Source of the DNA: Negaprion brevirostris
Taxonomy: Eukaryota
Direction: 5' to 3'
DNA: 48,514 nt
NCBI GenBank assembly: GCA_030324005.1
Contig: JARDVH010000137.1
Span: 36,174,933-36,223,446, forward strand
Below the pieces are notes generated by a model, which made no database searches, had not been told where the DNA came from, and worked only from the letters and a program-made list of their open reading frames with translations. The position numbers and the translations under genes were made by a program. Shown here one piece after another: positions 46,185 through 48,514 of this stretch (the stretch's first letter is position 1; the number at the start of each line of letters is the position of its first letter).

Positions 46185-46660
46185 GTCCATGGTTGATGCA
46201 ATGCCAAAATTGATAGCCAGAAGTATAATTTTGTGAAGCTGAAGGATGTGTTAGCAAGAAAACTCAAGCCTGTTGCAAGAAAAGCCTCATAAGTTGCCGT
46301 ATTCTATCCACTCTCCTGTCTGCCTCAGAAGCCTGGACAATAAGTAAAGATCTGTGGAAGAAAATAGAGGCCTTTGAAATGTGGATGCTCAGACCAATCA
46401 TACACTAATCATAAGATGAATGAAGAGATGGTTGAAATTGCCAGAACAAAATGAACTCTAAAAAATAACATTCAGAAAAGAAAGTGTCAGGATTTTGGAC
46501 ATTTGATCGGAGCTGAAAATGTACAGAGACTTCTTCAAGAGGACAAACTAGAGGACAGCCGACTGAGGGTCTGCCTAGGTTTAGTTGAATGATGATGAGT
46601 TGGGCATGTATGAAAATGGTGCCAGACAGAGGAGCGTACCATGATAGCAGATCAGGAATA
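46185..46660 (+). mobile_element. RTE-clade LINE C-terminal fragment
   Basis: Manual translation ILSTLLSASEAWTISKDLWKKIEAFEMWMLR...NIQKRKCQDFGHLI matches the RTE (Y)G.E.WT...I.AFEMW motif. Confidence 0.75.
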
Positions 46661-46961
46661 TAGACACAGCAATGTCATATATCAGTGTACTATAAAAATA
46701 ACACAGCCATTTTCGGGGGGAAATTAAATTCCCTCCCGTCACAGAGTTTGTTCTTTGTTGCCTTGAAAAAATTCTCTAAGAATAGGAAGGGTTGTCTTCT
46801 GAAAGCATTTGGGAAATCATTTTTCCACTGAGTTTCAATACCCCATACCACTGTATTATAAAAATGGCATTGTGATGGAAACAACCTGTTGCTGTTTCTG
46901 TAACAGTGCTGGTTCGAACTTCTCAAAGTTTGAACCGTGTTTATTGCACAAAAAAAACACG

Positions 46962-47135
46962 AGAAAGAAAATAACTTATGTTGATGTAGGCACCATTGAC
47001 CTGCTCAAAAGCGCTTCACAAATTAATGGAAAGAAATCAGAGTTCCAAGCAATAGGAAGGGAGACAATTAGGAAGGATGGACAAAACATTTGGTTAGAGA
47101 ATGCTGAGGAGATTTTCAAAGGAGGAAAGGGTGAC
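46962..47135 (-). mobile_element. Old L2-type 3' end
   Basis: aagaaaataactt...caaaagcgcttcaca...attaggaaggatggacaaaacatttggtt...aaaggagg resembles the recalled elasmobranch L2 tail. Confidence 0.45.
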
Positions 47136-47984
47136 CGACTGACTGCTAGTTTTATCCACAATAGATTTCCCCTCAAATAACCAAAAACAATAGAAAAACA
47201 GGGGCCTTTTGGAAACTGGATTGCTCCAGCAAAGGGAAACAATGAGGCATTTTGCCACTTCTCTCAGCACAAAGCTCCTCTCCAAGCTCACAGATTAAGC
47301 CAACCATGAAACAGGGGCCTTTCACTGATAAAGATCAGGCCTGGTTTCCTGAAGAATCCTTGAAAGTTCTTAAGAGATCATCCTCCATTACAGAAACTAA
47401 TCACACTAACCCACTTGAGACGTAAATCCCCTCCAGGGCCCAACTGCAACAAAAGGTGTCAGGTACCTTGTACTCATCCAGATCAATCAGTGATGTCTGA
47501 ATGGAGTGAAAGAGCCATGCTGGGACACAAAGCTTTAAAATTTAAAGGAGTATACTGCACCGTATCTTTTTTCTCACTCCTATCTTTCCCTGCTCTCCCA
47601 CTGTTCACTTCAAACCCTTTACTTTGAAAATGTAAAACATTGTTGCCGATGAGAATTCCGAGTCTTCCTAAATTAATGATGACACTGGCTAGTTTTTAGG
47701 TCTATCGAAAATGACGTTCAAAAAAACAGCCATCACACAGGCCAGTTTTCCAAACAAGAACCCAATTTTTCTTCTCCTTGGTATGATCATTCTTATGATT
47801 CATCTGCTTTGAACATTTAAATTGCAGGATTTATCAACGATTATTTATCTTCAAACTTCTTGTTTATGATGATGTCCTTTCTCCACAATTAGAGAGATGA
47901 CTGGCTCACACTTTGGCTAATTGAATGCCAATATTATTACACCGTCACTTATCCTCTCAGGTGATCGTATAACTAACTAAAAGC

Positions 47985-48514
47985 CAGGCAGCGTGCCTTA
48001 ATGACAATCATCCGGTTGCCCTGATATCCATCATTATGAAGTGCTTCGAAAGGTTAGTCATGGCATGAATCAATTCCAGCCTCTCAGACTGCCTGGATCC
48101 ACTACGGTTCACCAACTGCCATAACAGGTCCACAGCAGATGCCATCTCCCTAGCCCTGCACTCAACTTTAGAACACCTAGATAACACAGACACCTATGTC
48201 AGACTCCTATTTATTGACTACAGCTCAGCCTTCAACACTATTATTCCTGCAAAACTCATCTCCAAATTCCATGGCCTGGGGCTCGGCTCCTCCCTCTGCG
48301 ACTGGATCCTAGCCCACAGGCTGCAATCAGTAAGGACAGGCAACAACACCTCCTCCGTGATCATCCTCAACACCAGTGCCCGCAAGGCTGTGTCCTCAGC
48401 CCCTTACTGTACTCCTTATACACATATGACTGTGTGGCCAAATTCCCCTCCAACTCAATTTTCAAGTTTGCTGATGACATCACTGTAGTGGGTCGGAGCT
48501 CAAACAAAGTCAAG
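47985..48514 (+). mobile_element. Rex1/Babar-type LINE RT fragment, continuing past the window end
   Basis: CLNDNHPVALISIIMKCFERLV...[38 protein letters not shown]...KFADD. Confidence 0.9.

Noticed and set aside
46911..46936. 11-bp stem ggttcgaactt/aagtttgaacc
   Set aside because: Short enough to occur by chance and has no supporting context
46809..47180. 123-aa ORF
   Set aside because: Overlaps an antisense L2-like tail; no recognisable protein
1..48514. CRISPR array, rRNA or prokaryote-type system
   Set aside because: No regularly spaced repeat-spacer array or operon-like ORFs; the content is vertebrate repeat-rich DNA

Overview
This is vertebrate genomic DNA from a gapped draft assembly, almost certainly a shark or other elasmobranch, judged by the many HE1-type V-SINEs and Deu-domain (SacSINE1-like) SINEs. 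I find no convincing host protein-coding exon. Every recognisable peptide in the ORF track is a decayed transposon fragment: CR1, a second CR1/L2-group LINE, Rex1/Babar, RTE, Penelope GIY-YIG and a Harbinger-type Myb/SANT gene. The window looks intergenic or deep intronic, with roughly half or more made of nested mobile elements separated by unique AT-rich blocks that may be regulatory. Points worth following up: (1) two V-SINE subtypes share a head but carry different tails, one CR1-like and one matching the local Rex1/Babar 3' stem-loop; (2) an apparently intact minimal hammerhead ribozyme at a Penelope 3' end; (3) a spliced Harbinger Myb/SANT fossil plus related MITEs; (4) repeated HE1 insertion into the same part of Deu-SINEs; (5) several near-perfect hairpins and a locally templated insertion. 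I cannot support a wholly new biological system from the sequence alone. Family names come from recalled consensus features, not a database search, and repeat boundaries are approximate.
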